A stretch of DNA of 64,000 nt from Vulcanimicrobiota bacterium (GTDB lineage Bacteria; Vulcanimicrobiota; Vulcanimicrobiia; Vulcanimicrobiales; Vulcanimicrobiaceae): assembly GCA_963695225.1 (NCBI GenBank), contig OY968762.1, forward strand, positions 480,001 to 544,000, written 5' to 3'. Under the pieces are notes generated by a model. It was not told the origin of the DNA, searched no databases, and saw nothing but the letters and a program-made list of their open reading frames with translations. Position numbers and translations under genes: made by a program. Shown piece by piece: positions 1-17,413 of this stretch. Positions within the stretch are counted from its first letter, which is position 1; every line of letters begins with the position of its first letter.

Positions 1-719
1 CGGCGCTCGCGCGCGGGGTTTCGGCCGTCGAAGCGGTTCTCTCGGCGGCGCCGATCCTGCCGCAGGAGGCGCGCGCGCTGCTCGGCCGGATCGGTCTCGG
101 CGGCGACGCCGGCGATAAGCCGGTCGAAGCATTCTCCGGCGGCGAGCGCCGCCGCATCATGCTCGCTTGCTTGATGGCGCGCGAGTCGGATTGCCTGCTG
201 CTCGACGAGCCCACGAACGATCTCGACATCGCGAGCCGCGAAGCGCTCGAGAGCGTCCTCGCGGAGTATCGAGGGGCGATGCTCGTCGTCTCGCACGATC
301 GCTATCTCCTCGCGCGCCTCGCGGAGCGCCTGATCGTGCTCCGCGACGGTATCGCGACGATCGTCACCGGAGGATACGAAGCGTACGAAGCGTCGCTCGA
401 CGGCACGCGCGCCCCCGCCGCTGCGGCGGAACGGAAGCTGCCCTCGCCGACGGCGCAGAAGCGCGACGACGATCGCGAGGAACGGCGTCGCAAAGCGGTT
501 ACGGAACGGGCGCTCGCGGCGGCCGAAACGGAGGTGGCGCGCTGCGATCGAGCGGTGGCCGACTTGCGAAGCGCGTTCGGCGAACCCTCGAACTACGGCG
601 ATCCCGGGCGGGTAGCCGCACTGGGAGCGCAATTGAAAGCGGCGGAGAGCGAGGCCGCGGCCGCGCTCGCTCGCTGGGAGGAGTTGGCGCTCGCGCATGA
701 GAGCGGCGCAAGCGGTTAG
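1..719 (+). CDS. ABC-F family ATP-binding protein, C-terminal part (5' truncated by window)
   Basis: Frame open from base 3; FSGGERRR signature, LLLDEPTNDLD Walker B, VSHDR H-loop, C-terminal coiled coil, no TM segments. Confidence 0.9.
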   Translation, partial: ALARGVSAVEAVLSAAPILPQEARALLGRIGLGGDAGDKPVEAFSGGERRRIMLACLMARESDCLLLDEPTNDLDIASREALESVLAEYRGAMLVVSHDRYLLARLAERLIVLRDGIATIVTGGYEAYEASLDGTRAPAAAAERKLPSPTAQKRDDDREERRRKAVTERALAAAETEVARCDRAVADLRSAFGEPSNYGDPGRVAALGAQLKAAESEAAAALARWEELALAHESGASG

Positions 720-829
720 CTACTAGGCGCGGCCGGCCTAGACGCATTTCGGACGCTCGAATCGTATGTTCGGGGGGAGCGCGCAGCATTCGCAGCGCGC
801 AGCCGTTTGACGAAGAATCGGAGAGAATC

Positions 830-1063
830 ATGGAACGTATCCCCGTCGCAGTCGACCCGATGGTGCTGCTCCTGCCCACGAGGCTCTATCTGATCTGGGT
901 CGAGATCCACCACCCGAACACGCCGATGGCCGCATCCCTAGCCGAGGTGCTTGTGAAGGCGACGGCCGAGGAGCGGGCCACCGTCGGGCGTCACTTGGCG
1001 ATCGTGCAGAAGGCCGCGGAAGCGATGAAGCAGGCCTACGGGGGCGCCGCCGTTCACGGGTAG
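830..1063 (+). CDS. Small hypothetical protein (77 aa)
   Basis: GGAGAG RBS before ATG, GC3-biased codons, fills gap between co-oriented genes. Confidence 0.6.
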   Translation: MERIPVAVDPMVLLLPTRLYLIWVEIHHPNTPMAASLAEVLVKATAEERATVGRHLAIVQKAAEAMKQAYGGAAVHG

Positions 1064-1111
1064 GTTCGTCGAAAACGCAGGGAGAGTCGCTCGTTCGGGA
1101 GGTCGCGGCCG

Positions 1112-2884
1112 GTGGCAGCATTACACTACGACGTCGTCATCGTCGGAGCGAGCTTCGGCGGCGTCGCGGCGGCGCTCGCAGCTGCGGCCGATCCTTCAGT
1201 GCGCGTCGCGCTTCTCGAAGCGAGCGACTGGGTCGGGGGCCAGGCGACCGCGCAGGGCGTGACGCGCTGGGACGAAGCGGATATGGCGCACATGGAGACG
1301 TGCGGGAGCACGAAATCGTATCGCGATCTGCGCGCGGCGATCCGCGAGTGGTATCGCGAGAACGTCGCGCTGTCGGCCTATGGGAATGGTGCCGCATACT
1401 TCAATCCCGGCTTCGCGCAAGCGGGTTATCCGTTTTCGGTGGAGCCGCAGGTCGCGCAGGACGTCATGCGCGCGCAGTTGGGCGCGCTCGCCGCACGCCT
1501 CGATCTCAAGCTCGGCGTCACCGTCACGGCGGTCGGCGTGCAGGGGGGCGCGGTCACCGGGCTGACGGTCGACGGGCCCGGCGGGACGGACACGTACACC
1601 GCAAACGTCTACCTCGACGCGACGGATCTCGGCGATCTGCTCCCGCTCGCGGCGCTGCCTTGGACGATCGGCGCGGAATCGCATTCGCAGACCGGCGAGC
1701 CCAGCGCGCCGGCGGAAGCGCATCCGGAGTGGATCCAACCGATAACGGTCCCGGTCGCGCTGGAACGGCGCCCGGAGGGCGAGGACCATCGCATCCCGCA
1801 GCCCGCGAATTACGACGATATCGTCCGGGCGCAAGGCTTCAGAGTCCGCGACGGTGACATTTCCGGCGTCTTCAACGTGCAAGGCGGCGGCGAAACGCTG
1901 TGGGGATACCGTCGCTACGTCGACGCGCGCAACTTCGCCGACGACGGCTACGCCTGCGATCGGAGCACGCTGAACGTCGGGAGCAACGATTATCAGGCGG
2001 CGGCGATTCCCACCGGGGATGCCGCGCAGGACGCGGCGATCGTGCAGGGCGCGCGCGAGGTCTCGCTGGCGTACGTGTACTGGCTGCAGAACGATTGTCC
2101 GCGCGACGACGCCGACGGCGGCGGGAACGGGTATCCGAATCTCATGCTGCGTACCGATGCCTTCCCAACGCCCGACGGGACGGCGCCGGCGGCGTACATT
2201 CGCGAATCGCGGCGCATCGACGCGCTCTCGCAGATCGTGCAACAGGATATCGACGCGAGCGGATTCCCGGCGGGCGCCGTTCGAGCGCGTCTGTACCCGG
2301 ACTCGTGCGGGATCGGGTGGTACGGCATCGACGTGCATGCCGCGTCCGGCCCCGGCACGCCGTGGAGCGGGTTCTCCACGCTCCGTTTCCAGATCCCGCT
2401 CGGCGCGCTCTTGCCGAAAACGCTCGGCAACTTCGTTGCCGCTTGCAAGAACATCGGCGCGACGCACTTGACCTCGGGAGCGTACCGCGTGCATCCGGTC
2501 GAGTGGGCGATCGGCGAGGCGGCCGGCGTGCTCGCGGCGTTTTGCACGACGCAGCGCGTCGCCCCGAAGGACGTGTGGAGCATTCCGGGGCGCCGGGCGG
2601 CGTATCAATCCCGGCTGCTCGCGCGCGGCGTCCCGATCTTCTGGTGGAGCGACGTCCTGTTCGAAGCCGATGCGCGCACGTTTGCGGCGGTCCATCTGAC
2701 GGGCGTGCACGGCATCTTTCAGGGCGACGGGACGCTCGCGTTCCGTCCCGGCGGCGCGGTTTCGAATGCAGACCGGCAGGCGATCGATAGCCGCGTCGGG
2801 CATGCGCTACCGTGGCCTTCGAAGGCGATGACGCGCGGGGAGACCGCGGTCTGGCTCTGCGGACAGCTCGGCCTTCCGGTGTGA
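1112..2884 (+). CDS. FAD-dependent oxidoreductase (FAD_oxidored-like) with C-terminal SLH-like segment
   Basis: N-terminal DVVIVGASFGGVAAA dinucleotide fold, DATDLGDL, YIRESRRI, AYRVHPVEWAIGEAAG; GGAGG RBS before GTG. Confidence 0.85.
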   Translation: MAALHYDVVIVGASFGGVAAALAAAADPSVRVALLEASDWVGGQATAQGVTRWDEADMAHMETCGSTKSYRDLRAAIREWYRENVALSAYGNGAAYFNPGFAQAGYPFSVEPQVAQDVMRAQLGALAARLDLKLGVTVTAVGVQGGAVTGLTVDGPGGTDTYTANVYLDATDLGDLLPLAALPWTIGAESHSQTGEPSAPAEAHPEWIQPITVPVALERRPEGEDHRIPQPANYDDIVRAQGFRVRDGDISGVFNVQGGGETLWGYRRYVDARNFADDGYACDRSTLNVGSNDYQAAAIPTGDAAQDAAIVQGAREVSLAYVYWLQNDCPRDDADGGGNGYPNLMLRTDAFPTPDGTAPAAYIRESRRIDALSQIVQQDIDASGFPAGAVRARLYPDSCGIGWYGIDVHAASGPGTPWSGFSTLRFQIPLGALLPKTLGNFVAACKNIGATHLTSGAYRVHPVEWAIGEAAGVLAAFCTTQRVAPKDVWSIPGRRAAYQSRLLARGVPIFWWSDVLFEADARTFAAVHLTGVHGIFQGDGTLAFRPGGAVSNADRQAIDSRVGHALPWPSKAMTRGETAVWLCGQLGLPV

Positions 2885-3987
2885 GCCGGAGCCTGCGGCG
2901 TGCGGCGCTCGCGCTCGCGTCCGCCGTCGCGCTCGCCGCGGTTCGCGCGCCGGCGCAGGCGGCGCCGCCGAGCGTCGCGTTGAGCATCGGCGCGCGCGAT
3001 GGGGCCTCGGCCCTGCAGGCGATGTACGGCAGCATCAACGACGGCGACGTCGAGAGTTATCTCGCGGAGGCTCTCCTCGACCCGACGGTCGCGGTGGGAC
3101 CGTCGCGGCGCTGCGTGCGCACCGACAACGCGATCGGCTCGATGCCGAGCCCGCTCGCCGCTCCGCAGTTTCCTCCGGCGTCGATCGCGCAGCGCGCCGA
3201 TCTCGTCGGTGCGGTTACGGCGTATCTGCAAGCGGTCGCGGGGCTCGCCGCAGGCGCGCCGCCGAGTGAAACGGCGGCGAACTTCGGCGAACTGCGCAGG
3301 GCGGTCGGGCGCCTGAACGAGAGTGCGGCGAGCCACGTCGAATTGGACCTCGCGATCGCAACGCCGTCCGCGACGCTCGCAGGCGCCGCGGATGCGCTCG
3401 CGCGGGAGGCTCCGCGCGGCGCAGCACTCGAGGGGATCGTCGTTGCGACGAATCCTACGGTCGTGAAGCTGATCGACGTCCTCGACGCCGACGTCCGAGC
3501 CGGGCGCGCCGCGGCGACGGCGGCAGCCGACGCGGAGTATGCGACGTGGAGCGCCTACTACGAGAGCGCGCGCCGCCTCGCGCTTTCGGGCGCGCCGCGA
3601 AGCACGCGCGTGGTCCTCCCGCTACCGCGATGCGCCGCGCCCTATCCCTTGCGGGGGCAGGCGGCCGTGCCGCCCGCTGCCGGGGCGAGCCGGAACGCCG
3701 CTGCGAGCGCTGCGCCGCCCGCCGTGGACCCACAGGCCGACGCCGCGACGTTCGGCGCCCGCGCTACGGCGATCGGGCTGTGGAGCGCGGCGCACGAGCG
3801 CGCCGTGATCCTGCGCAGCGCGGACCCTTCGTCGCTCGCGCCGTCGCTTCGGAAAGCGAACGCGGCACTGCTGCGTTTCGTCGCCGCACCGCAGGAGGCC
3901 GGAAACGCGACGGATTTCGCCTCCGCGTGCGGCGAGTTTGCGGATGCGGCGCGGATCGCCGCCGACGCGTACCGCGCGTTGAAGTAG
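2881..3987 (+). CDS. Hypothetical secreted Ala-rich helical protein
   Basis: GTGA overlap with upstream stop; signal peptide RSLRRAALALASAVALAAVRAPAQA. Confidence 0.6.
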   Translation: MSRSLRRAALALASAVALAAVRAPAQAAPPSVALSIGARDGASALQAMYGSINDGDVESYLAEALLDPTVAVGPSRRCVRTDNAIGSMPSPLAAPQFPPASIAQRADLVGAVTAYLQAVAGLAAGAPPSETAANFGELRRAVGRLNESAASHVELDLAIATPSATLAGAADALAREAPRGAALEGIVVATNPTVVKLIDVLDADVRAGRAAATAAADAEYATWSAYYESARRLALSGAPRSTRVVLPLPRCAAPYPLRGQAAVPPAAGASRNAAASAAPPAVDPQADAATFGARATAIGLWSAAHERAVILRSADPSSLAPSLRKANAALLRFVAAPQEAGNATDFASACGEFADAARIAADAYRALK

Positions 3988-4130
3988 CGCCGGCGCGAGC
4001 CCCAGCCGGGACTCGGGAGCCGCCGGAAGAATCTCCGGTCGGCCCGGTCCTTTTGGAGGCTTCCCCATGGTGCCCTCGAGCGGCGTTGGAAACGAACCGG
4101 CGCGAACCTTAGCGCCCGGCACGGAGTAGC

Positions 4131-8371
<4,241 letters not shown>

Positions 8372-8517
8372 GAGCAAGGCGCTCGGCGCCCGCTCGGTGC
8401 CGCGAAACTCGCACGCATCGAAGGCGCGGCGCCGAGCGCGAACGTCGCCGGTACGCTACGCCGGCATGCGGTTCATCGAAGGGAAGACGGCCGGACGAGG
8501 CTGAGGCCCCTGCACGG

Positions 8518-10995
8518 CTAGGCTCGCACGCCGGTTGGGGGTGCATCGAACGCCGTGATCGCCGGCAGCGGCTGCTGGTACTTCTCCACTTCGACGAGCG
8601 CGGTGTTGGCGATGTTGCCCTGCGCGAGCTTCGAGGTGCCCTTGTCGAGCGTGAGCACGTTGATCAGACCGTGCTTGCAGAGCGCGTCCGGCTCTCCCGG
8701 CTTGTCCGGATCGTACCAAGCGCCCTCGTGGAGCACGACGACCCCGGAGCGTACGCGCCCGGTCACGAGCGCGCCGGCCAGCACCGCGCCGCGATCGTTG
8801 AAGACGCGCACCACGTCGCCGTCCGCTATGCCGCGGCGCTTCGCGTCGTCGACGTTGATCCAGACCGGCTCGCGCGCGCCGACTTCGTACCATTCGCGGA
8901 TCCACGTGTTGTCGAGTTGGGAGTGCAGGCGGTAATTGGGATGCGGCGAGACGACGTGCAGCGGATACGTCTTGGCTTTCTCTGAGCCGAGCCATTCGGC
9001 CGGTTCGAGCCACGTCGCGTGCCCGGGGCAGTCGTCGTACTTGAAGCTCGCGATCTTCGGCGAGTAGAGCTCGATGCGCCCCGACGGCGTGCCGAGCGGA
9101 TTCTTCTTCGGGTCGGCGCGGAAGTCGGCGTGCTTGACGTAGGCTTTCGCATCGGCGGGGATCGGGAGTTCGACGTAGCCCTCGCCCTTCCAGAACGCGT
9201 CGAAATCCGGCAGCTTCAGCGCGAGCGTCTTGGCCGCCGTCGCTCGCGCCTGCGCGTAGAACGAGCGGAGCCATTCGAGCTCGGTCTTTCCTTCGGTGAA
9301 CTTGTCGTGGAAGCCCAAGCGCTTCGAGATATCGGCGAGCATGTCGTAATCGCTGCGGGCTTCGCCGACCGGATCGACGACCTTATGCATCGCGACGATG
9401 AAGCGCTGCGAATACGCTCCGCAGACCTCGAGGTCGTTGCGCTCGAAGGTCGTGGTCGCGGGGAGGACGATGTCGGCGAATTTTGCGGTCGCCGTCCAGA
9501 AGGGATCCGCGACGACGATCGTCTCCGGGCGGCGCCACGCCTCGACGACTTTGCTCGTCTGCCAGAGATGTGTGAGCGGATTCCCGCCGGCCCAGTAGAT
9601 CATTTTGATGTCGGGATAGGTGAACTTCGAGCCGTTGTAGTCGACCTCGGTCCCCGGGCTCAGCAGCATGTCGGCGACGCGCTCGAACGGGAGCGCGTTC
9701 TTGACCGGGTTGTCGCCGGCCGCGATCCCCGTGACGCCCGGTGACTTCGCGCTGAGGGAGCCGCCGTTGTCGTAATGGTAGCTGAAGCCGAGCCCGCCGC
9801 CGGGAAGCCCGATCTGTCCGAGCATCGAGGCGAGCGCGACGAGTGCCCAGTACGGCTGCTCGCCGTGGTCGGCACGCTGGATCGCATACCCCGTGATGAT
9901 CATGGAACGCTTGCCCGCGAGGGAATGCGCGAGGTCGCGGATCGCCTCGGGTTTGAGGCCGGTGATCGCCGCGGCCCACTCCGGCGTCTTGGGTTGTCCG
10001 TCCGGCTTCCCGAGCAGGTACGGCAAGAAGCGATCGAACCCGAATGTGTACTTGGCGAGGAACGCCGCGTCGTGTTTCTTCTCGGCGTAGAGCGTGTGTG
10101 CCAGCGCGAGCATCAACGCGGTGTCGGTGTTGGGGCGCGGGGCGACCCACTTCGCGCCGACGTACTGTGCGGTATCGGTCATGCGCGGATCGATCGAGAT
10201 GACCTCGATCTTGCGCGCCGCAACCTTCGCCCGGAGCGCTTCGAGCGCGCCGTAGGCGTAGTGGTCGGCGGGATGCGTCCCGATTTGGTTCCCCTTGATC
10301 AGATCCGCGCCCCACAGGATGACCGTCTGCGAGTTCTCGAGGATCGACGGCCAAGCGGTCTGCTGATCGTAAACTTCCAAGTCGCCCAATACGTGCGGCA
10401 GGATGACCATCGCGGCGGCGATGCTGGGATCGCCGGTATCGTCGGTGAACCCGCCGTGCAGGTTGAGCATCCTGCGCACGAGCGCGGAGGCCGAATGCAG
10501 CAGCCCGGAGGATTGCCAGTCGGCGGTGCCGGCGAAGAACGCGGCATTGCCGTATTGCTTCTTGACGCGGCCCAGTTCGGCGGCGACGAGATCGAGAGCT
10601 TCGTCCCAACTCACGCGTACGAACTCGTCCCGCCCGCGCTGCGTCCGGTCGCTCTCGGCGCCTTTGGCGAGAAATCCCTTGCGCACCATCGGATGGGCGA
10701 TGCGGCTGCGGGAGTACACCGCATCGGCGAAGGCCCCGATCATCGGCGTCGGCGCGGGATCCTTCGAGAAGGGCAGCGCTTTGACGAAGCGGCCGCCCTG
10801 CGTGACGGCCGAGACCATGCCCCAGTGCGATGCCGTCAACACCGTGCGCTGCTCGAGCAGATTCCCGCCCGGGCCAAACGCCTGCGCGGCGCTCGGCAGC
10901 GCCGCCGCGCCCACTGCGGCGGCCGTGCCCTCGACGAAGGTGCGTCGCGAGATTCCGTCCGCGGATTCGGCTGGTTTCGGATCGTCTGGCTTCAT
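8518..10995 (-). CDS. Tat-exported molybdopterin S/N-oxide reductase (TorA/DorA/BisC, DMSO reductase family type III)
   Basis: SRRTFV twin-arginine signal, ASHWG with no N-terminal FeS motif, Ser ligand in GDPSIAAA, QRADHGEQ, RLHSQL; GGAGG RBS before ATG at 10995. Confidence 0.92.
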   Translation of the reverse strand: MKPDDPKPAESADGISRRTFVEGTAAAVGAAALPSAAQAFGPGGNLLEQRTVLTASHWGMVSAVTQGGRFVKALPFSKDPAPTPMIGAFADAVYSRSRIAHPMVRKGFLAKGAESDRTQRGRDEFVRVSWDEALDLVAAELGRVKKQYGNAAFFAGTADWQSSGLLHSASALVRRMLNLHGGFTDDTGDPSIAAAMVILPHVLGDLEVYDQQTAWPSILENSQTVILWGADLIKGNQIGTHPADHYAYGALEALRAKVAARKIEVISIDPRMTDTAQYVGAKWVAPRPNTDTALMLALAHTLYAEKKHDAAFLAKYTFGFDRFLPYLLGKPDGQPKTPEWAAAITGLKPEAIRDLAHSLAGKRSMIITGYAIQRADHGEQPYWALVALASMLGQIGLPGGGLGFSYHYDNGGSLSAKSPGVTGIAAGDNPVKNALPFERVADMLLSPGTEVDYNGSKFTYPDIKMIYWAGGNPLTHLWQTSKVVEAWRRPETIVVADPFWTATAKFADIVLPATTTFERNDLEVCGAYSQRFIVAMHKVVDPVGEARSDYDMLADISKRLGFHDKFTEGKTELEWLRSFYAQARATAAKTLALKLPDFDAFWKGEGYVELPIPADAKAYVKHADFRADPKKNPLGTPSGRIELYSPKIASFKYDDCPGHATWLEPAEWLGSEKAKTYPLHVVSPHPNYRLHSQLDNTWIREWYEVGAREPVWINVDDAKRRGIADGDVVRVFNDRGAVLAGALVTGRVRSGVVVLHEGAWYDPDKPGEPDALCKHGLINVLTLDKGTSKLAQGNIANTALVEVEKYQQPLPAITAFDAPPTGVRA

Positions 10996-11009
10996 CGTGG
11001 GGCCTCCGG

Positions 11010-11672
11010 CTAGAGCGGTTTTGAGTGGGCTTGCAGGTATTGCGTGACCAACTCGGCTTGGGAAGGGGTCAATGCGGCGTTTTTCGCCATCGTCTTGAGG
11101 ATGGTAGGCCATCCGTTCGCGGTGAATTCGGTGGGCGCGTGGAGGGCGTGGCAGTTGCTGCAGCGCTGACTGTAAAGGTGCTGCGCCCGCGCCCAGACGG
11201 TGGACTGGTCCGGCGTGAGATCTGCGGAGGCGACGAAGCCCGAGAGCGCGACTTCATACCAGACGTTGTCATAGTCGTCTTTCGTTTGCTGGAGAACCTT
11301 GCGATGCACGTTCTGCGTCGAGGCCAGGGTCGCGTAGATGCGGCGCACGCCCATCTCGACGTTGACGGCCGTCTCCGCTCCGTCTTCGGACCAGCCCCGA
11401 AGTGCGAATGCGCGCACGCGAGAACTCGCGCCGCCTGCTACCGAGACGGGCGTTCCGGGTGTGAGCGAACCGACTGCGTGCCTGCCGCTTGCGTCGGCGT
11501 AGATCGGCGTTGCTCTTGCCGCGTACGCCGTCGTCTGCGATTCCGCACGCGCCGAGTGCTGCGCGAGCAGGAGCGCAACGGCGGTGAACGAGGCGAGCGC
11601 GATGCGCCGGGGCCTAGCAGAGGCCGTCGTTAAACTCGGCGTGCGCTTCGGCGCAGTCGTCTCGACGCTCAT
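11010..11672 (-). CDS. Secreted monoheme c-type cytochrome resembling the TorC C-terminal domain
   Basis: Signal peptide, single CSNCH, FTANGW...M...YLQ tail; directly upstream of the molybdoenzyme. Confidence 0.85.
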   Translation of the reverse strand: MSVETTAPKRTPSLTTASARPRRIALASFTAVALLLAQHSARAESQTTAYAARATPIYADASGRHAVGSLTPGTPVSVAGGASSRVRAFALRGWSEDGAETAVNVEMGVRRIYATLASTQNVHRKVLQQTKDDYDNVWYEVALSGFVASADLTPDQSTVWARAQHLYSQRCSNCHALHAPTEFTANGWPTILKTMAKNAALTPSQAELVTQYLQAHSKPL

Positions 11673-11892
11673 CGCGACTCCGAGACCATCCTCGATTTCA
11701 TCGGATTCTAAATCGCTTAGTCGAAGCGCAGCCGTTCTCCCTTGCGATGCTTTCGCCGCTCAGCAAACTTAGCGGACCGATTCGTGACCTTGCAGCCGTT
11801 GGCGGCTTTGAGATGTCTAGGCCGGTAACCGCTTGTTCCCCGCCGGAGGCAACTCGTTAGTGGACCAGCCGGAGCCCAGCGTTCAGGGTGGT

Positions 11893-12801
11893 ATGAAACG
11901 CGGGGCCGTAGCTCCGTATGCCGCGTTGATCGTTCTGGCGCTGATCTGGGGCTACAATTGGGTGGCGATCAAGATCGCGACGAACGACTCCGACGCGTAC
12001 TTTCTTTCGGCCGCCCGTTCTGTGCTGGGGACGGTGTGCTTGTTCGGGGCGGTGATCGCCACGCGGAGGTCGCTGCGGCCGACGCGGTGGTTCCCGACGC
12101 TCGTGCTCGGCCTCTTGCAGACGAGCGCCTTCACGCTCTTGACGGTCTTGGCAGTGGCGGTGAGCGGAGCGGGAAAGACGGCGGTCCTCGTCTACACGAT
12201 GCCGTTCTGGGTGGTGCTCCTAGCGTGGCCCATCCTGCACGAACGCGTGACGCGATGGGGCTTGGCCGCGCTTGCGCTTGCCGCCGTCGGGCTAGCGCTG
12301 GTGCTCTCGCCGATCGATCTCGGCGCGAAGCTGCCGGGCGAAGCGCTCGCAATCGGCGGCGCGATCGCCTGGGCCGTCAGCGCAGTCTACGGAAAAGTGC
12401 TGCGCATGCGCTATACGATCGATTTGCTCGCGCTGACGGCGTGGCAGATGCTTTGGGGCTCGATCCCGCTCGTGACCATCGCCGCCTTCCTGCCGCATCA
12501 TGCGATCCACGTGACGCTGCCGTTCATCCTCGCGCTGGCGTACATCGCGATCCCGGGAACCGGTTTGGCATGGCTGCTCTGGATGTTCGTCTTGAGCCGA
12601 TTGAAAGCAGGCGTCGCCGGCGTGGCCTCCCTCCTGACGCCGGTCGTCGGCGTCGCGTCGGCGTGGATTCAATTAGGAGAGCGCCCGTCGAGCCTCGAGT
12701 TGCTCGGCCTAGCCTGCATCGTCGTAGCGTTGATCCTGAATCTCATCCCGGAACGGCGCAAACAACCCGTGCCGCCCGGAGCAGCTCGCGCTCTGAGCTG
12801 A
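11893..12801 (+). CDS. EamA/DMT family transporter
   Basis: IWGYNW, about 10 TM helices in two EamA repeats, LVYTMPFW, LGERP. Confidence 0.92.
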   Translation: MKRGAVAPYAALIVLALIWGYNWVAIKIATNDSDAYFLSAARSVLGTVCLFGAVIATRRSLRPTRWFPTLVLGLLQTSAFTLLTVLAVAVSGAGKTAVLVYTMPFWVVLLAWPILHERVTRWGLAALALAAVGLALVLSPIDLGAKLPGEALAIGGAIAWAVSAVYGKVLRMRYTIDLLALTAWQMLWGSIPLVTIAAFLPHHAIHVTLPFILALAYIAIPGTGLAWLLWMFVLSRLKAGVAGVASLLTPVVGVASAWIQLGERPSSLELLGLACIVVALILNLIPERRKQPVPPGAARALS

Positions 12802-12892
12802 ACGAGAGGCAGACTAGCGTCGACTCCAGCGAACGCCTAGCCTCGAGTGTCGTCGGCGGAGCCCGGCCGCAGTCCGCTTGACTATTGCCTCT

Positions 12893-13759
12893 CTACGAGC
12901 ACTTTCCAACGTAGCCGCATTGCTGGAGGCACTGGATGCAGCCGCCTTGGGAGATCAGCGGTCCGCTGCATTTCGGACACATGCCGACGCCGGTTTGCAT
13001 CGCTCGCCGGACGTTGATCGCGGTGCCGCCCGCGTCGACCGCAGTGGACTGCATCGTGCCGCCGCCGTACTTCGGTGCGCCCGTGCCGTTGTGGCCGATC
13101 AAGTCGATCGACCGTGCGTTGGCCTCTTGTTCGAGCTTGTCTTCCTTCGTGAAGGGGAACTGCGGCTCGGCGACCGGGACGACGCTCGCCTCGGCGCGCG
13201 CTTCGGGGGGAGCGCCTAGCGGTAGTGCGAGCGCGAGCGCCTTCGCAATGCCCTGCGAGATCCCGTCGGCGCAGGAGAGCGTCGTGGGGCCGTGCGCGTC
13301 GCGCATCTTGGGGTTCGGGCAGCGCATGCCCTCGAACTTTTCGATGAATTTCTGCGGGTCGGCGCCGTAACGCAGGCCCACCGACATCGCGACGCCGAGC
13401 GCCTCGAGGTAGCTCTGCTGGCACGAGCCGCTCTTGCCGAGTTTGAAGAAGACCTCGAACGGATTCCCCGCTTCGTCTTCGTTCATCGTGATGTAGAGCG
13501 GTCCGCAGCCGACGTTCGATTGCACCGTGCGGCCGCGCATCACGGGCGGCCGCTTGCGGTACTCCGTCCGTTTCGGCGCCTGCTGGCGCAGCTTCAGCTC
13601 GTCGTTGTGAGCCTTGAGGTTCTCCACGCGAGCGACGAGCTCGCGGACGGTCTTACCGCAGGTCGAGTTCAAGTCGCGCAGGCGCGCGTTCTCGGCCTGC
13701 ATCAGTTCGAGGCGGTCGACGAGCGCCGCGATGGTCTTCGTGATCGTAGCCTGTTCCAT
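12893..13759 (-). CDS. nrdJb: NrdJb-like C-terminal subunit of split class II RNR (TSCPD-type domain plus Zn ribbon) with N-terminal coiled coil
   Basis: GCGPLYITMNED..PFEVF..LGKSGSC, SCADGI, CPKC...GGC..C..CG...C; starts 2 nt after nrdJ stop. Confidence 0.85.
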   Translation of the reverse strand: MEQATITKTIAALVDRLELMQAENARLRDLNSTCGKTVRELVARVENLKAHNDELKLRQQAPKRTEYRKRPPVMRGRTVQSNVGCGPLYITMNEDEAGNPFEVFFKLGKSGSCQQSYLEALGVAMSVGLRYGADPQKFIEKFEGMRCPNPKMRDAHGPTTLSCADGISQGIAKALALALPLGAPPEARAEASVVPVAEPQFPFTKEDKLEQEANARSIDLIGHNGTGAPKYGGGTMQSTAVDAGGTAINVRRAMQTGVGMCPKCSGPLISQGGCIQCLQQCGYVGKCS

Positions 13760-13761
13760 GG

Positions 13762-17238
<3,477 letters not shown>

Positions 17239-17316
17239 CGGGAGGCCTCCTACGGTAAACTTCGAGGGTAACCCATCGAACGCCTGTTCGATGATCCGGC
17301 GGCGTCACGACGCTCG

Positions 17317-17396
17317 GTGCCGCATATTGTACGACGCTGCGCGCTCGGGCACAAGATGTTGGGGTCTCTTATGTTCGGGAGCACTATTCCTTGCGG
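17317..17396. promoter_or_regulatory. Tandem NrdR boxes upstream of nrdJ
   Basis: 16-mers at 17317 (gtgCcgcATaTtGtac), 17349 (gcaCaAgATgTtGggg) and 17381 (gcaCtAttccTtGcgg), exactly 32 bp apart. Confidence 0.75.
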
Positions 17397-17413
17397 GCAA
17401 CCGGAGCATAAGC

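Noticed and set aside
8380..8438. 11-bp inverted repeat between convergent genes
   Set aside because: GC-rich, long loop, no T tract; could be chance or an ordinary terminator-like structure
11673..11892. Molybdenum cofactor riboswitch upstream of the cytochrome and molybdoenzyme genes
   Set aside because: Hairpins are present but I could not find the conserved Moco motif elements
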